From NCBI GenBank assembly GCA_013265495.1, contig MU058584.1, positions 7,592,407 through 7,656,406 on the forward strand: a stretch of 64,000 nucleotides of DNA. Direction: 5' to 3'. A program made the position numbers and the translations under genes. A model generated the notes under the pieces. The model saw only the letters and a program-made list of their open reading frames with translations. It ran no database searches and was not told the origin of the DNA. How positions within the stretch are numbered: the stretch's first letter is position 1; each line of letters begins with the position of its first letter. The DNA is from Vicugna vicugna (lineage: Eukaryota). Shown here piece by piece: positions 1-13,449 of the stretch.

Positions 1-2589
1 GAGCTGAGGTTGTAAAGATGAGCAGAAGGTCGCCAGGTGGTCAAGGAGGGCGGAGGCAGCATTGCGTGAGAAGGCCTGAAGGATGAAAGAGCATGTCATG
101 GGACCCCTGGTCATAGGCCCACCACCACCGCCATCATCATCACCTTCTGCATAAATATTATTCCTCCACACAAGGCATAGGTTGCCATTGAAGTACTTGA
201 TTTCTTTCCAGTCTGATTTATTTTCTTTTGAAGAGTCAATTATATCCTTTATGATATTAACTGTAAGTGCACCTAAAATGGCTTCCCCAAACAAGTCACT
301 GAATAGCCAAGCTTCCTGCAGATCAGGTTTTTACAAACATTTTGCAGCAAGGAGACTGATGAGCGTGTTTACAGATTTGGGGCCTTAAACAATTTTGTGC
401 ATCTGGTTGTATGCTGCTCACCCCAATCCAGGTATCACTTAGGGGAACCAGGGAGGTGCTGCAGAGCCAGGATGGAGGTGGTGCTGGTTACCTGACTGGG
501 GCCTTATTCACAAAGCAGACCAAGCTTCTCTGGTGCACCCGGGACATCTTTTTGTAGCCTCAGACAGAACAGTGGCCTGAAGACCTGTCTTTCCATGTGA
601 TAAAGACTGATACAAAACTTTCAAAAATGAGTTCAGGAACTGACTTCGATATGACTTGACATGATTGAAATAATAATAATAATATTAACAGTTAATAATT
701 CTAAAATAATTAGAAAGACTCATTTTATGGGGCAGCCATTATGTAAAACCATTGATACCATGACCATGCCAGTCCCTTTCATCCTGCTAAAATTTTCCGC
801 TACCGTCTTCTCTTTAATGGTGTTTCAATCCGATAAACTTCCACAAATATCCTCAGCCCCATCCTGGGCTGTGAGAATTCTCATCAAACTCTCTGTAGGT
901 GTTTAGGGGCAAACATGAATGTCTAACTCCATACTGTTGCACACTGTGGTTTTCTGGCTTCTTGATACTACTGTGCCTTGTGGGATTTGACGTCAATTCT
1001 CCGTGTTGATGGTTACTCATAAAACTTATTTTGCAGAATTTCTACAATGTCTTTTTAAATTTATGTAGTGATAATTATTATTGGTCATTAACTCAAATGA
1101 GAGATCCCACATGAGGTGATTCTCAAATAACCCATGCTGAAGGGAGAGAGGCCAGCCTGGTGCGGACTGGGCAGCTGTTTCTTCCCAGCTCCTGATGAGG
1201 CATCGCGCTGGGGGACCGATGGCCGCTCTATATTTATCCCTCAGTTTTCGAAATGCTGAGCTTAAGCAGATCATTACTCTAACCTCTTCTGACCTAATAA
1301 ATGAGACAGACTGAGAACAATTGTGGTTCCCTCTCCGCTTCCTTTGCCAGTTGCCTTTTATTCCCTTCTGAAGTCTTTCATTGCTTTTGGCTAAATGAAG
1401 TTTGGGTTGCAACAGCAACTTTTTTTAATGATATTATGATATTGGCTAATTTGCCTGCTATTGGTTATGCCCAAGTAGACACATGACCTGTGGCTGTTTG
1501 GCTTGTCGTCCTATGGGAAAATACTTAACGAGGCTAATAAGCTGTATTAAAATAAAATAAACAAATTCACATGGAACCCAGCATCACAGCCACATGTAAT
1601 ATGGTTATTATTTATCATCCTGAGACACTAGTCCCACATCTCCAACTGCCTTCTTTTTACTCAGAAGGTCTCTGAAACCAAAACCATCACTCTCTCTTCA
1701 AAGCCACCCCTCACTGTTAGAGTTTTAGGGGGCCAATAAATCCTACCCTTTTCTCCCTGTCTCCAGTTAAAATTTGTTGTTGCTGCTGTTTTTAGAAGCA
1801 CAGGAAATAAACAGATAAGACATGAAACAAATGAATCTTGTTTTGTGGCCAAATGTCTTGCTAATATTTGGGCCCCAAGTAATCACAGACACAGCTGAGC
1901 AACAGCAGGGCTCTCCCAGCGGGCAGAGCTCACCAGAGCATCTTGGAATGAGAGAGAAATGCATGTGTCTTGCGGGCAGAAGCTTGCTCAATTTCTCTTT
2001 TACAACACACCAATCAGATCGGTCGGTTCTCCTCCTCTTCTGCTGGGGAAACAGTGAAGTCTGGGGGAAAGGGGCTCGGAGCAGCAGAAGGCTCTTCAAG
2101 AAGCCAGGAGATCAAGTTCCTACTAAGGAATTGCAATTTTTCTATTTTTGTTTGGATTACCTTCTTAAATTGTGTGATGTCGGATTATATTAGCATTTGG
2201 GTGTGAGGAAGAATACTTAGCTATTCAGTGTCCTATGTTGCAAGAATTTCACCACTTAAATTGTGATCTGCCTTCTTTATGATCTTCTTTTGTCATAAAT
2301 AAGACCGCACGGTTATAACCAGAACTCATATTTTCAGCTCTTCTGTCGTGTCTGTGATTAACACTGACATGGACTTGGCGCCATGGCCATTGGCAGCCAG
2401 AGAAAGTCAGGAGTGGTGGTGACTCAGCTGATTCTGCAGCTGCACTTACAGTAAATGTGTTTTGCAATGTTCTTATATTTTAAAATTTGTATCTAAAATT
2501 AAACACGTTTTATTTATTTCTTAATTTTTTTCCTCTTCACTGCGTCAAGAAAAGGAAATACCCAAGATTGAAGATTGGTGATCTTCATC

Positions 2590-3005
2590 CTAATATCAAA
2601 GGGAGCCATTGATGGGTTTCAGTTTGGGTGCAGAATGGAGAGTTAAGGAAAAAGCAAGTACAGGAGTTAGGAGTTTTATGCAGCCCTCCAGGTGAAAGGT
2701 GATGGTGTCCTGGACTGGAATGGAGGCAATGGAGATGAAATAAAGGAGGCTCATTAGGGGGCTGCATTGACAAGATGGACTGATTGGAACTGAAGTGGGG
2801 GAGAGACCTTCAGGATGGCATGTATCTAGCACAAGCAGCTAGGTGGAGGGAGGCACCATTTACTAGGCAAGAAAACTTTGGGGGAAGAGAAGATTTGAGA
2901 GTAAATCAAGATTTTGAAAGTGGAATTATCCAGAATGCAACTGTAGCTTGGAGGAGAAGTCTCGGATTTGTGAGTGGTCACCCTAATACATGGTACTGAA
3001 TGCAA
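2590..3005 (-). mobile_element. L2 LINE fragment (ancient)
   Basis: Purine-rich L2-like text (gatggtgtcctggactggaatggaggcaatggagatg...; ccatttactaggcaagaaaac...); boundaries approximate. Confidence 0.5.
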
Positions 3006-3077
3006 GTGATCTCTTGATAGTACCCCTCATAGAAAATTCTCTTAGGAAAAGGCCTACTTAGTAGGGGTGGCTGGATC

Positions 3078-4547
3078 TTTTTTTTTTCCCTATTATTGAG
3101 GTATAACTGACATATAACATACTAGTTTAAGGTGTACAACATAATGATTCAATTCTTGTATATATCGCAAATGATCACCACAGTCTAGTTAACACCCATC
3201 ACCATACATAGTTACAATTTTTTTTCTTGTGATGAGAACTCTTAGCAACTTTCAAATATGCAATACAGCTTTATTAAGTATGATCACCATGCTTTACATT
3301 ACAGCTCCATGATTTATTTATTTTATAACTAGAAGTTTGTATCTCTTGACCTCCCTCCACCCTGGATCTTTACACATTTTGCCCACCGCTCCACTCACTG
3401 CTTTTGGCAACCATCAATCTGTTCTCTCTATCTTTGAGCTCAGTTATTTTTGTTTTATTTTTTTTTAAGATTACACATATGAGAAAGATTGTACAGTATT
3501 TGTCTTCCTCTGAGAGGCTTTTTCACTTAGTATAATGCCCTCAAGTTCCATCCACATCACAATGGCAGGCTTTCTTTCTTTTTTACGGTTGAATAATATT
3601 CATATATAATATAAACAACATTTTTTATCATTCATCCTTTGATGGACACGTAGGCTGTTTCCATGTTTTTGAGTTAGTATCTTAACTTCCTTTGGATAAA
3701 TACTCAGAAGTGGAATTGCTGAATCGTATGATAGTCCATTTTTAATTTTTTGAAGAATTTCCACACTATTTTCCATAGTGAGTACAGCAGTTTACATTCC
3801 CATCAACAGTGCACAAGGGTTCCCTCTTCTCCACCTCCTCACCAACACTTACTTCTTTGATAATAGCCATATGTCTTGTTTGGAAAAATGTCTATTCAGT
3901 TCCCCTGCCCACTTTTAAAATCAGAGTTTTGTTTTGTTTTGTTTTGTTTTTGCTATTAGGTAATGTACATCCCTTTTTTGTATTTTGGATATTAACTCCT
4001 TACCAGATATGAATTGCAAATATTTTCTCTCATTAAGTGGGTTGCCTTGTTGATGGTTTCCTGTGCTGTGCAAAAGCTTTTTAGTTTGATATAGTTTTGT
4101 TGCCTTTGCGTTTTGTGTCAAATCTAAAAAATCATCACCAAGTCATCACTCATGTCAGCGAGCTCACAGCTTGTGTTTTCTTCTAGGAGTTTTATGGTTT
4201 CAGATCTTAAATTCAAGTCATTAATCTATTTTATGTTAATTTTTGTGTTAGGGGTAGGATAATGGTCCAGCTTTATTCTTCTGCATGTGACTGTCCAGTT
4301 TTCTTATCATCATTTATTGAAGAGACTATCCTTTCCCCATTGTATATCCATGGCTCCTTTGTTGCTAATTAATTGACCATGTATGTGTGGGTTTATTTCT
4401 GAGCTCTCTATTCTGTTCTAATGATCTATGTGTGTTTTTATGTCACTGTTTTAATTGTCTGTCACATTGATTACTATAATTTGAAATTAGGGAATATAAT
4501 GCTGCCAGCTTTGTTCTTCTTTCTCAAGATTGCTTTGACAATTCAAG
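3078..4547 (-). mobile_element. L1 3' portion (L1MA-type 3' UTR + degenerate ORF2 C-terminus)
   Basis: Begins with poly-T then 'attgaggtataactgacatataacat...' L1 3'UTR reverse complement, continuing into ORF2-derived sequence (gaagagactatcctttccccattg; ccagctttgttcttctttctcaagattgc). Confidence 0.85.
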
Positions 4548-4631
4548 GCCATACATTTCATTATATTCAATTTCCTAACATATTTTTTAGGAGTTTTACA
4601 TCTTTATTCATAGGTGAGATTGGTTTGTAGA

Positions 4632-4800
4632 GATATATTACAAAGTTTTGTCCTTAAAGTGCACACTAGTCCTATGAGAAGTTCAAGGAAAAAAGGTTCT
4701 AGGGTCAAGTAAACTTGGGGAATTCTACATATTCATTTCTTGGAGATTTACAGTGTGTATTGGCCTATTAATATTTCTGAGATGTCCTGCATTAAAGAGT
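4632..4800. mobile_element. Ancient hAT-Charlie-type non-autonomous DNA transposon fragment
   Basis: Resembles recalled consensus (cactagt...aaaaaaggttc...ggtcaa.taa..ttggg...cttggagatt.aca...ctgaga.gtcctgca.taaaga); a related copy lies at ~38500-38790. Confidence 0.45.
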
Positions 4801-5674
4801 ATTACCCTTAAAATTTGGAAAGGAAGACCTATAAAGCCCTCTGAGATCTATTTTCAAGAAAAGTTTTAATTTTTTTCCAGTCTATCCTGTGGATATTGGT
4901 CTGTTGGGATTTTATGATTTTTATTTCATATTTTCCTAGAAACTGTATCCAACATTGATACTTATAAATTTACTATCATAAAGGTACACTTAGCATCACT
5001 TAAAATAATTTGATCTTCTCTCTGTTCAATCATGTCTCACATGTCTGATTTTGATTTTCTCATCTTTTCTTTACCAGATTTTACAAAGCTTTGTTTCATT
5101 GTTTCATTAAAGAACAGATTCTTAAATTTGTCAGTGTTAATTCAGTTTTCCATAATTAGTTCCTAACATCTGTTACATCCTATATTTTGCCCTAGTTTTA
5201 TAATTTTCCAACTTGTTAAATTCAGTGCTGCCGATGTATTTTTTTTTAATAATAAGGTGTACATGACTATGATTTTGCCTCTGAATAGAATTTAGGCTAC
5301 ATGTCCTGAGTTTCAGTCTGTTGTGTAATGTTATTTTGTCTATTTAGCAAATAGTGTGTCATTATGGTTTTAAGTTGCTATTTGATACAAGGGTTTTGGG
5401 GGAGGGATTACTTTATTTTAAGTGGTTTGTGGTTCTTTTCTATTTAACTTTAATCGTAATTTCTAGTTTGATTAAAGTAATTTTTATTGTAAGTACATGA
5501 AATCAGGAATATTGTCTATAAGAGATGAAAATAATTCATAGTCCTAGCTTATTAAATTCATATTATTAAAATCACAGGCTTGATTCTCAATTTATAATAA
5601 TGTAACATCTTGGTATGATTGATTCATTGTCACTACTCTTTGAAGAATTTTGAATGTTGAGGTAAGACTGAAAG

Positions 5675-7470
5675 AATAGTTAGTTAGCCAACAAACATTA
5701 TTGAGTACCTACTATATAATATAAATACTGGAAAATAGTGGAAATACATTGATGAACATTCGGAGCTCCATCAATGAACTTCTGTTGCAGATGGAGGAGC
5801 ATAAACAAGAGAAAAGGAGGTTGGAAACATACATCAGTAATGGCAAAAAGTTTGGACTTTTTTCCTGTTCACAGTTTGAAGTCATTGGAGGATGTTAAAA
5901 AGGGTGCTGATATGACACATGATCACTGTGGCTTCTTTGTGTGGAGTGGAGCAAAAGAGGTGTCACTGTGGCTTCTGTGTGTAGAGTGGAGCAAGAGAGG
6001 TGTCAAGGAGATGTTAGGAAGCTGTCACAATCATCCAGATGAGAGAAGATGGTGGCCTGGATATATAGGAGTTTGTAGTTTAGTGTCGAGGTCTGGAGTT
6101 ATCTGTATTTAAATGGTACTTAAAGCTACAGATAGACATTACCTTGGAGAAAATCCAGACCATCAGAGGAGCTTGGGACACTCCAGAATTTAAAAGTCTA
6201 ACAAAAGAAGAGGTAACAACTAAAGAGATTAAGAAGCTGGAGTCAGTGAGGTAGAAATGTGGAAATCAGGAGAGTGTGATGTTGCATAAGTCTTGAGAAG
6301 ACAATGATTGAAGACAGGGAGTGATCAACAATGTCTAATGCTGCAGTGAAGCTAAGTAACATGAAGACAGGGAATTGAGCATTTGCAGTGGCAAGATGTA
6401 CTCACATGACCTTGATAAGGCTGGTATCTGCAAAGTAGCAGGATCACAAATCTCACTGGGTGGATTGAGGAAAGAATGGGAGGTGACAGAATGGAGAAAA
6501 CTATTCAAGACAACTCAAGGAGGTGGAAGGGATAAATTGGGAACTTGAAATTTGTACCTCTTGGTGAGTCATGGAAATGTTAGCTGTTTTGATTGTGGTG
6601 GTAGTTTCATTGGTGTATACATCTATCAAAATTCATTAAATTATACATCTGAAATATGTGTAGTTTACTGTTCAGGAATCATACCACAATAAAGGTGTTT
6701 TTAAAAAGTCAAATAGAAATGGGGCAGTTCTTAGGGTATGAAGAAAGGTTAAGAGAAAGTGTGTGTGTGTTTTTAAATGTTTGCCTTTGAGGCATGCTAG
6801 TATGCCATATGAATGGTCCAATAGTAGGAAAGAATAAATTGTTGTAGTAGAAGAGAAAGGGAGTGATTGTAGGAAGTACATAAAGACATTAGAAGAGATG
6901 GGACGTGACGTATAAGTTGAGGGTTTGGTCTTCCATGGTAGACGGGGAAGGCAGAGTCTGTGGTTGCTAATTCAGGTAGTCTGGTGGATTTGGTGGAAAG
7001 ATGGATCATTCTCATCAGATTGTGTATGTTTTTCTATGATGTATGAAGCAAGATTATCACTGAGTATGAGTAGCAGATGGTATATTAGAGATTCAAGGGA
7101 AGAAAAGGTATGAAGTAATCATCTAGTATAGTGAGAAGGCATATTGACTACAGAATTACACAGTAGGGAAGTCTGGAAAAGTTAGGTGCCCATTTGATAT
7201 CTGTAATTATAAATTTAAGTGAGTATAGCAGGCACAATTGTCTAGTTTTCTTCTTGCATTCTTTAGCAACTTGGATGCAGGGACTAAGTAGGAAAATAAT
7301 TCAGTTTTATTAGATAAACAAAATGGTGAAGGTAAAGATAGGAAAGGGGATTGAAGGTTCGCAGTGTAGTGGTAATGGTGCTAAACTGAGTATGCACAGA
7401 GTAAAAACATAAGGAGGGGGATGACGAGTGGCAATGTGGTAGGATCAGTGGATCAGTAAAAGTCCCCAGA
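5675..7470 (-). mobile_element. L2 LINE fragments
   Basis: Starts with reverse-complement L2 3' end 'caacaaacattattgagtacctactat', followed by typical L2 body text; interrupted by an L1 3' fragment. Confidence 0.65.
6525..6707 (+). mobile_element. Old L1 (L1MB/MC-like) 3' terminal fragment inserted in L2
   Basis: 'gaaatgtt...ttgattgtggtggtagtttcattggtgtatacatctatcaaaattcatt...caataaaggtgtttttaaaaa' is the typical L1M 3' end with polyA signal. Confidence 0.65.
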
Positions 7471-7850
7471 GGAGACTGTCTTCCAGCTTTTCAAAAGGGA
7501 TAACAAAATGGAAATTTTGATTGATGAACTTATCATCAGTGTTCTGCTATATAAGTTTATAATTAATTGTAAAATTGATATTTTTCATTATTTAGAAGGG
7601 ATATCAGTAACCAATAGGAACTTTCTTTGAATCTTAAAAATCAAGTTCAACCAAACTGACTCTGAATGTTTTAATAGAATTGAATAGATGTACTATACTT
7701 AGACCTTGATGTAGTCTTTTGGAATATACATGATAGAAAGTAGACATGACTTGATAGTCCATTTATGATGGATTTATCATTAAATATTAGGTCTTACTCT
7801 TGATACCCAGTGGACCATATAATGGAACATACAATTCTAGTATGGTATCT

Positions 7851-9959
7851 CTTTTTTTGTTTTTAAACATTTTTTATTGAGTTATAGTCATTTTACAATG
7901 CTGTGTCAAATTCCAGCACAGAGCATAATTTTTCAGTTATACATGAACATACATATACTCATTGTCACATTTTTTTCGCTGTAACATAAGATCTTGTATA
8001 TATTTCCCTGTGCTATACAGTATAATCTTATTTGTCTATTCTACATATGCCTGTCAGTATCTACAAATTTTGAACTCCCAGTTTATCCCTTCCCACCCCC
8101 TTTCCCCTTGGCAACCACAAGTTAGTTTGTATTCTATGTCTATGAGTCTGTTTCTGTTTTGTATTTATGTTCTTTTTTTTTTCTTTTAGATTCCACATAT
8201 GAGCGATCTCATATGATATTTTTCTTTCTCTTTCTGGCTTACTTCACTTAGAATGACATTCTCCAGGAACATCAATGTTGCTGCAAATGGTGTTATGTTG
8301 TCAGTTTTTATGGCTGAATAGTATTCCATTGTATAAATATACCATGACTTCTTTATCTAGTCATCTATCGATGGACATTTAGGCTGTTTCTATGTCTTGG
8401 CTATTGTAAATAGTGCTGCTATGAACATTGGGGTGCAGGTGTCATTTTGAAGTAGGGTTCCTTCTGGATATATGCCAGGAGTGGGATTCCTGGGTCATAT
8501 GGTAAGTCTATTTCTAGTCTTTTGAGGAATCTCCATACTGTTTTCCACAGTGGCTGCACCAAACTGCATTTCCACCAGCAGTGTAGGGGGGTTCCCTTTT
8601 CTTCACAGTCTCCCCAGCATTTGTCATTTGTGGACTTTTGAATGATGGCCATTCTGACTGGTGTGAGGTGACACCTCATTGTAGTTTTGATTTGCATTTC
8701 TCTGATAATTAGTGATATTGAGCATTTTTTCGTGTGCCTATTGATCATTTGTATTTCTTCCTTGGAGAATTGCTTGTTTAGATCATCTGCCCATTTTTGG
8801 ATTGGGTTGTTTGTTTTTTTCTTATTAAGTCATATGAGCTGCTTATATATTCTGGAGATCAAACCTTTGTCAGTTTCATTTGCAAAATTTTCTCCCATTC
8901 CATAGGTTGTCGTTTTGTTTTGCTTATGGTTTCCTTTGCTATGCAGAAGCTTGTAAGTTTCATTAGGCCCCATTTGTTTATTCTTGCTTTTATTTCCATT
9001 GCTTGGGTAGACTGCCCTAGGAGAACATTTTTGAGGTGTATGTCAGATAATGTTTTGCCTATATTTTCTTCTAAGAGGTTTATTGTATCTTGTCTTATGT
9101 TTAAGTCTTTGACCCATTTTGAGTTTATTTTTGTGTATGGTGTAAGGGAGTGTTCTAGCTTCATTGATTTTCATGCTGCTGTCCAATTTTTCCAACACCA
9201 TTTGCTGAAGAGACTGTGTCTTTATTTCATTGTATATTCTTGTCTCCTTTCTCGAAGATTAGTTGACCAAAAGTTTTTGGGTTCATTTCTGGGCTCTCTA
9301 TTCTGTTCCATTGGTCCATATGTCTATTTTTGTACCAATACCATGCTGTCTTGATGACTGTAGCTCTATAGTATTGTCTAAAGTCTGGGAGAGTTATTCC
9401 TCCCGCCTCTTTCTTTTTCTTCAGTAATGCTTTGTCAATTCTAGGTCTTTTGTGGTTCCATATAAATTTTATTATGATTTGTTTTAGTTCTGTGAGATAT
9501 GTCCTGGGTAATTTGATTGGGATTGCATTGAATCTGTAGATTGCCTTGGGCAGTGTGACCATTTTAACAGTATTGATTCTTCCTATCCAGGAGCATGGGA
9601 TACCTTTCCATTTTTTTAAGTCTTCTTTAATTTCCTTCATCAGTGTTTTATAGTTTTCTATGTATAAGTCTTTCACCTCCTTGGTTAGATTTATTCCTAG
9701 ATATTTTATTACTTTGGGTGCTATTTTAAAGGGGATTGATTCTTTACTTTCTTTTTCTGTTGATTCATCATTAGTATAAAGAAATGCAACCGATTTTTGA
9801 ACGTTAATCTTGTAACCTGCTACCTTGCTGAATTCTACAATTATTTCTAGTAGTTTTTGTGTGTACCTTTTAGGGTTTTCTACATATAATATCATGTCAT
9901 CTGCATGTAGTGACACTTCTACCTCTTCTTTTCCGATTTGGATCCCTTTTATTTCTCTC
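7851..9959 (-). mobile_element. Young 5'-truncated L1 (~2.1 kb), ORF2 RT C-part through C-terminal Cys domain, 15-bp TSD
   Basis: ORFs 9227-10033, 8859-9164, 8419-8748 are L1 ORF2 pieces ([12 protein letters not shown] motif; [28 protein letters not shown]). TSD tctagtatggtatct at 7836-7850 and 9960-9974. Frameshifted, non-autonomous. Confidence 0.95.
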
Positions 9960-10091
9960 TCTAGTATGGTATCTTTTGAGGTCTGTTTTAGGTCTACATT
10001 ATGATTACCAATGACTGATAATGACATGGGCATATTTTATCATAAATATACAGATAATGCAAAACAGGAAGAATTGTAAATATATTGTTTC

Positions 10092-10865
10092 CCAGAATCA
10101 GGATTCAGAACATCTGAGTAAACTGGAAATGGGCCAAAACTAACCAGATGAAATGTAATACTATTAAACGTAAATTTTCCTTGTGTTTTAAAAAGTCTGT
10201 ATGCATTTAGTATAGGAGAGGTCTGGTTTTATAGAAGGTCAAATGCAAAGGACCTTAAAGCAGTGAAACTAATGCATAATAATAATATTTGTATTTTATG
10301 TATTTTAGTTCTGTATTCACCTGATGTTGGGTATGGTATGAAACAAGCTCTTCACACACACAACCTTATTTTAGTATCATAGCAAGCCAGAGGTAGATAC
10401 TCTTATCATCCCCATTTTATAGATGAGTAAACTAAAATTCAAAGAGGTTGCCTTGCCCAATATCATATAAGATAATAAATGGAACAGCCTGGATTTCAAT
10501 AGGTGTTCATGGTCTTTATTTTACTGCATTTTACTTAACTTACAGTAGTAAAAGTTTACTGTCCAGGGAATGGGCAAAACTCTGCCAGACTTCTTCCTTG
10601 CATCTGAATAATACTGCATCTGGAGTTCTGTGATTGGTGGCTGGCATCTTATTTTCAGAAAATCCATTTACAGTAGAGCAAGTTCACAAGAGTTCAAGAA
10701 GGATGCTGTGTTATCTAGAGACCTCTTCATATGAAAATGACCTGGCAAAATTGGCAGAATTGTTGGCTTGAGGACTAGAAGAGTTAAAGGGACACATACT
10801 GTCTGGTCCCAGATGTTTGAAGATCTGTCATAGACAAGGAAATTAAACTTTACATTTTTAACATC
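10092..10865 (+). mobile_element. CR1/L3 LINE RT-region fragment, interrupted by a MIR
   Basis: Degenerate translation 'KWAKTNQMKCN' (cf. CR1 'KWAETN.MKFN'), 'KDL', and later text matching the CR1 'HLEYCVQFW...SYEERLKELG.FSLEKRRLRGD' region. Confidence 0.65.
10315..10520 (-). mobile_element. MIR SINE
   Basis: Core 'atccccattttatagatgagtaaactaaaattcaaagaggttgccttgcccaatatcata'. Confidence 0.8.
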
Positions 10866-11987
10866 CAAAGACAATCTTACGATGTGAATGAAAGTTATAT
10901 ATATAAAATCAAAACATGGGCTCACCATGTGGTCATATTCTCTTCAGTGTAACACTTAAAAGCCTTTTTACCTGTGGGATAAGATTTCTCATGCTCATTT
11001 TTAATGTTAAAATGAATTTTATTTCTTCAAACTATTAAACAGAGTTCAGCTTGATTTCATAGTGAAATCATTCAGAAGCTCATATCTGCATGATTGCAGC
11101 TGAAATAGACTAAACAAACAAAAAAAAATGCAGTCAGTACAAATTGCTGCGGGTTATCTATACAGCTACAGCATGTGGTGAGAACCTGGAAGCTGCGTCC
11201 ACAGAATTTATGAGACTTCCAGTAAATCGGCTCAGTTCGGAGTTTCAGACCTGTATCCAACTCTCCTTGGATGTCTAGACACAGCCTAAAACGAAGCTTC
11301 AAAAATGGGTAAAAACGAAGCAGCCAAAGCCACCAGAAGCCTTTGACCCTCTTCTAATGTTTCAACCAGATAATTATTTTCCCTCTCAAGAATTTGGCTC
11401 TCCTTTGAGGGGGAAAAAAAAAATCAAGATTTTCCATGTGAAGAGCCCCTGAAAGAAAATACTCTGGAGAAAGGTCAGTAAGAATGGGCCAAAGCTGAAT
11501 TCTTCAGATCTGCGTAGAGAATGTGGAAAGTTTGTACCTTCCCTACTTCTCGTGCTTTCCAGCTGGCCAAGAGCTCCCCTGCAATTTGTCCAGCTTTGCC
11601 TTCCCCATACCTTTACTTCTCAGAGGAACTCCTGCTGTGTGGTGAAAAATGCCTCTGAGGGAGACCTAAGTGGTAGCTAAGAGCTATGGTAGAGAGGTAA
11701 TTGGATAATTAAAAACTGATGAATTTTGATTCCATCTAGATTATCCATTACCCTTTCTGCTCTGTAGCAAAGATATGACCTTTCAGATTTTCCAACAATA
11801 AACTATCATACTTGGAAAATACATTGCTTTTTAAATAGGTCCCATTTTAATTAAAATTACTCATTCTGCTTATTGTGGTTTGTCTCAAACTTCTTTAATC
11901 TTGGGTTTTCTGTAGAAAGTTAAGGATCCAGTCAAAAAAGAAAAAGGAGGTTTTAAAAATAAGCACAGTCTAAGTTCATTTGATAGT

Positions 11988-12195
11988 TTATTCATTCATT
12001 CATTCATTCAAGTAATCTTTGTTTCACGGAGGCTTCACGTCAAGGACTGTGGTAGGCCCAAGTTGTGCTGTTTATTGGCTGGGTGATTTGGGGAAAGTCA
12101 CCTAATCTCTCTCAGTCTCAGTTTCCTCAACTGTAAGACAGCTCTATGGCCGACTTTGCAGGGTTGCTATGAAGATTAAATGAGATGATTTCTCT
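11988..12195. mobile_element. L2 3' tail (minus, (ATTC)n) adjoining a MIR fragment (plus)
   Basis: attcattcattcattcattcaa; then 'ggaaagtcacctaatctctctcagtctcagtttcctcaactgtaag...gaagattaaatgagat'. Confidence 0.7.
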
Positions 12196-13029
12196 TATGA
12201 GATGGTGAAAAGTTAGAAGTTTCTCTTCTGCCCCTCTCCATTCATTGCTAGAGCCAAAAAAAAAAAAATCATATACAACAGGGATGGAAAGTCTTGAAAA
12301 CCCTGGAAGATAGCAATGTCAGTCAACCACTTACAAGACTCATGGAGTGAAGTGGATTGGAACTCTGTGATTGACCACTGCATGCTTTACCCTGATAAAG
12401 GAAAAAAAAAATGGGGCTAAACAGGAAGACAACAAAAAGAAATTTCTTTGCTTCCTCACTGAATCAATCAAGGTGAGAAATGTGGATACTACACCAACTA
12501 GAAATTCAGATAGCCAACTCTGCTTTGAAGTCAACTCAAAAAAATAATCCGAGTAAGAATTTACAAATGGGGAAGCCCAGATGGAACATGCCTGGTGATA
12601 AATATTTATTCGAGTTAAACATACAGAGTTCCATCTAAATAATTACTCAAGTATAGCAAAATTGAATATAAAAGTTAAAAAAAAAGGAAACTCTTGAAGA
12701 GATGAGAAAACAATAAATCAGAAATAATATTCTTGGTCAATATTTCTGGACAGATTAGTAAATGTCATGAGATACTGTGGAAAGTAAAAGCTTCTAGATC
12801 CCTCAAAAAGCCAGGAATTATTATTTTATTCCTGAATTTTATATACAGGAATTTTACGTACAAAAATGAATTCAAGAATGATTTGGAAAACTTAAAGATA
12901 ATCATCTACTTGTAAAACTGAAAACCACTAAAAAAATGGAAACGAAAAAGGGAATTCATTTATCAACATACACGAGGAAAGTGAAGAACAAGAACAACAA
13001 AAAAAGACACGTGTCAAAATGACAAAACT

Positions 13030-13330
13030 GAAAGCTTACAGCTATGGCAAAAAATAAACGTGATTAAACTTTTCCTAATCATAGGAGGTGATTTTTCAAA
13101 TTGGGTTGAAAAATAAAAGCCTACTATACTGTTGGCATTGGTAACAAATATTTCTTTTTAAAAAGTAAAATAAATGGATAAAAGCCAAAAAGTGAAAGAA
13201 GAGACAGACAAAGATAGGCCAGGCAAATGTAAATTAAAAAATGAGAAATCATTACAATAATATACAAAAAGTATGTAATGAAATCAGAACAAAGAACATT
13301 TCTATAAATATGTAAAAATGTTCAACCACT
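13030..13330 (+). mobile_element. Ancient L1 ORF2 endonuclease-start fragment
   Basis: Degenerate match to 'NVNGLNSPIKR...WIKKQ.PTIC...KGWKKIYQAN...KK' region (caaattgggttgaaaaataaaagcctactatac; aaagataggccaggcaaatgtaaattaaaaaa). Confidence 0.55.
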
Positions 13331-13449
13331 TTAGCAAAAATATTTAAGCTTTGATGGAGAATCACTTAAATTATTGAATAAATATTTTTTAAATACCTGC
13401 TATCCACTAGTCACTTTGTAGACCTGAGAGTACAGTGTAATCAAATCAA

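Noticed and set aside
1192..1255. Hammerhead-ribozyme-like CTGATGAG...CGAAA
   Set aside because: Stem II cannot close next to GAAA and no compatible stems I/III were found.
8797..9354. 185-aa + strand ORF (and similar + strand ORFs at 8687, 41497, 42109, 42330, 42860)
   Set aside because: Antisense reading frames of L1 ORF2, not genes.
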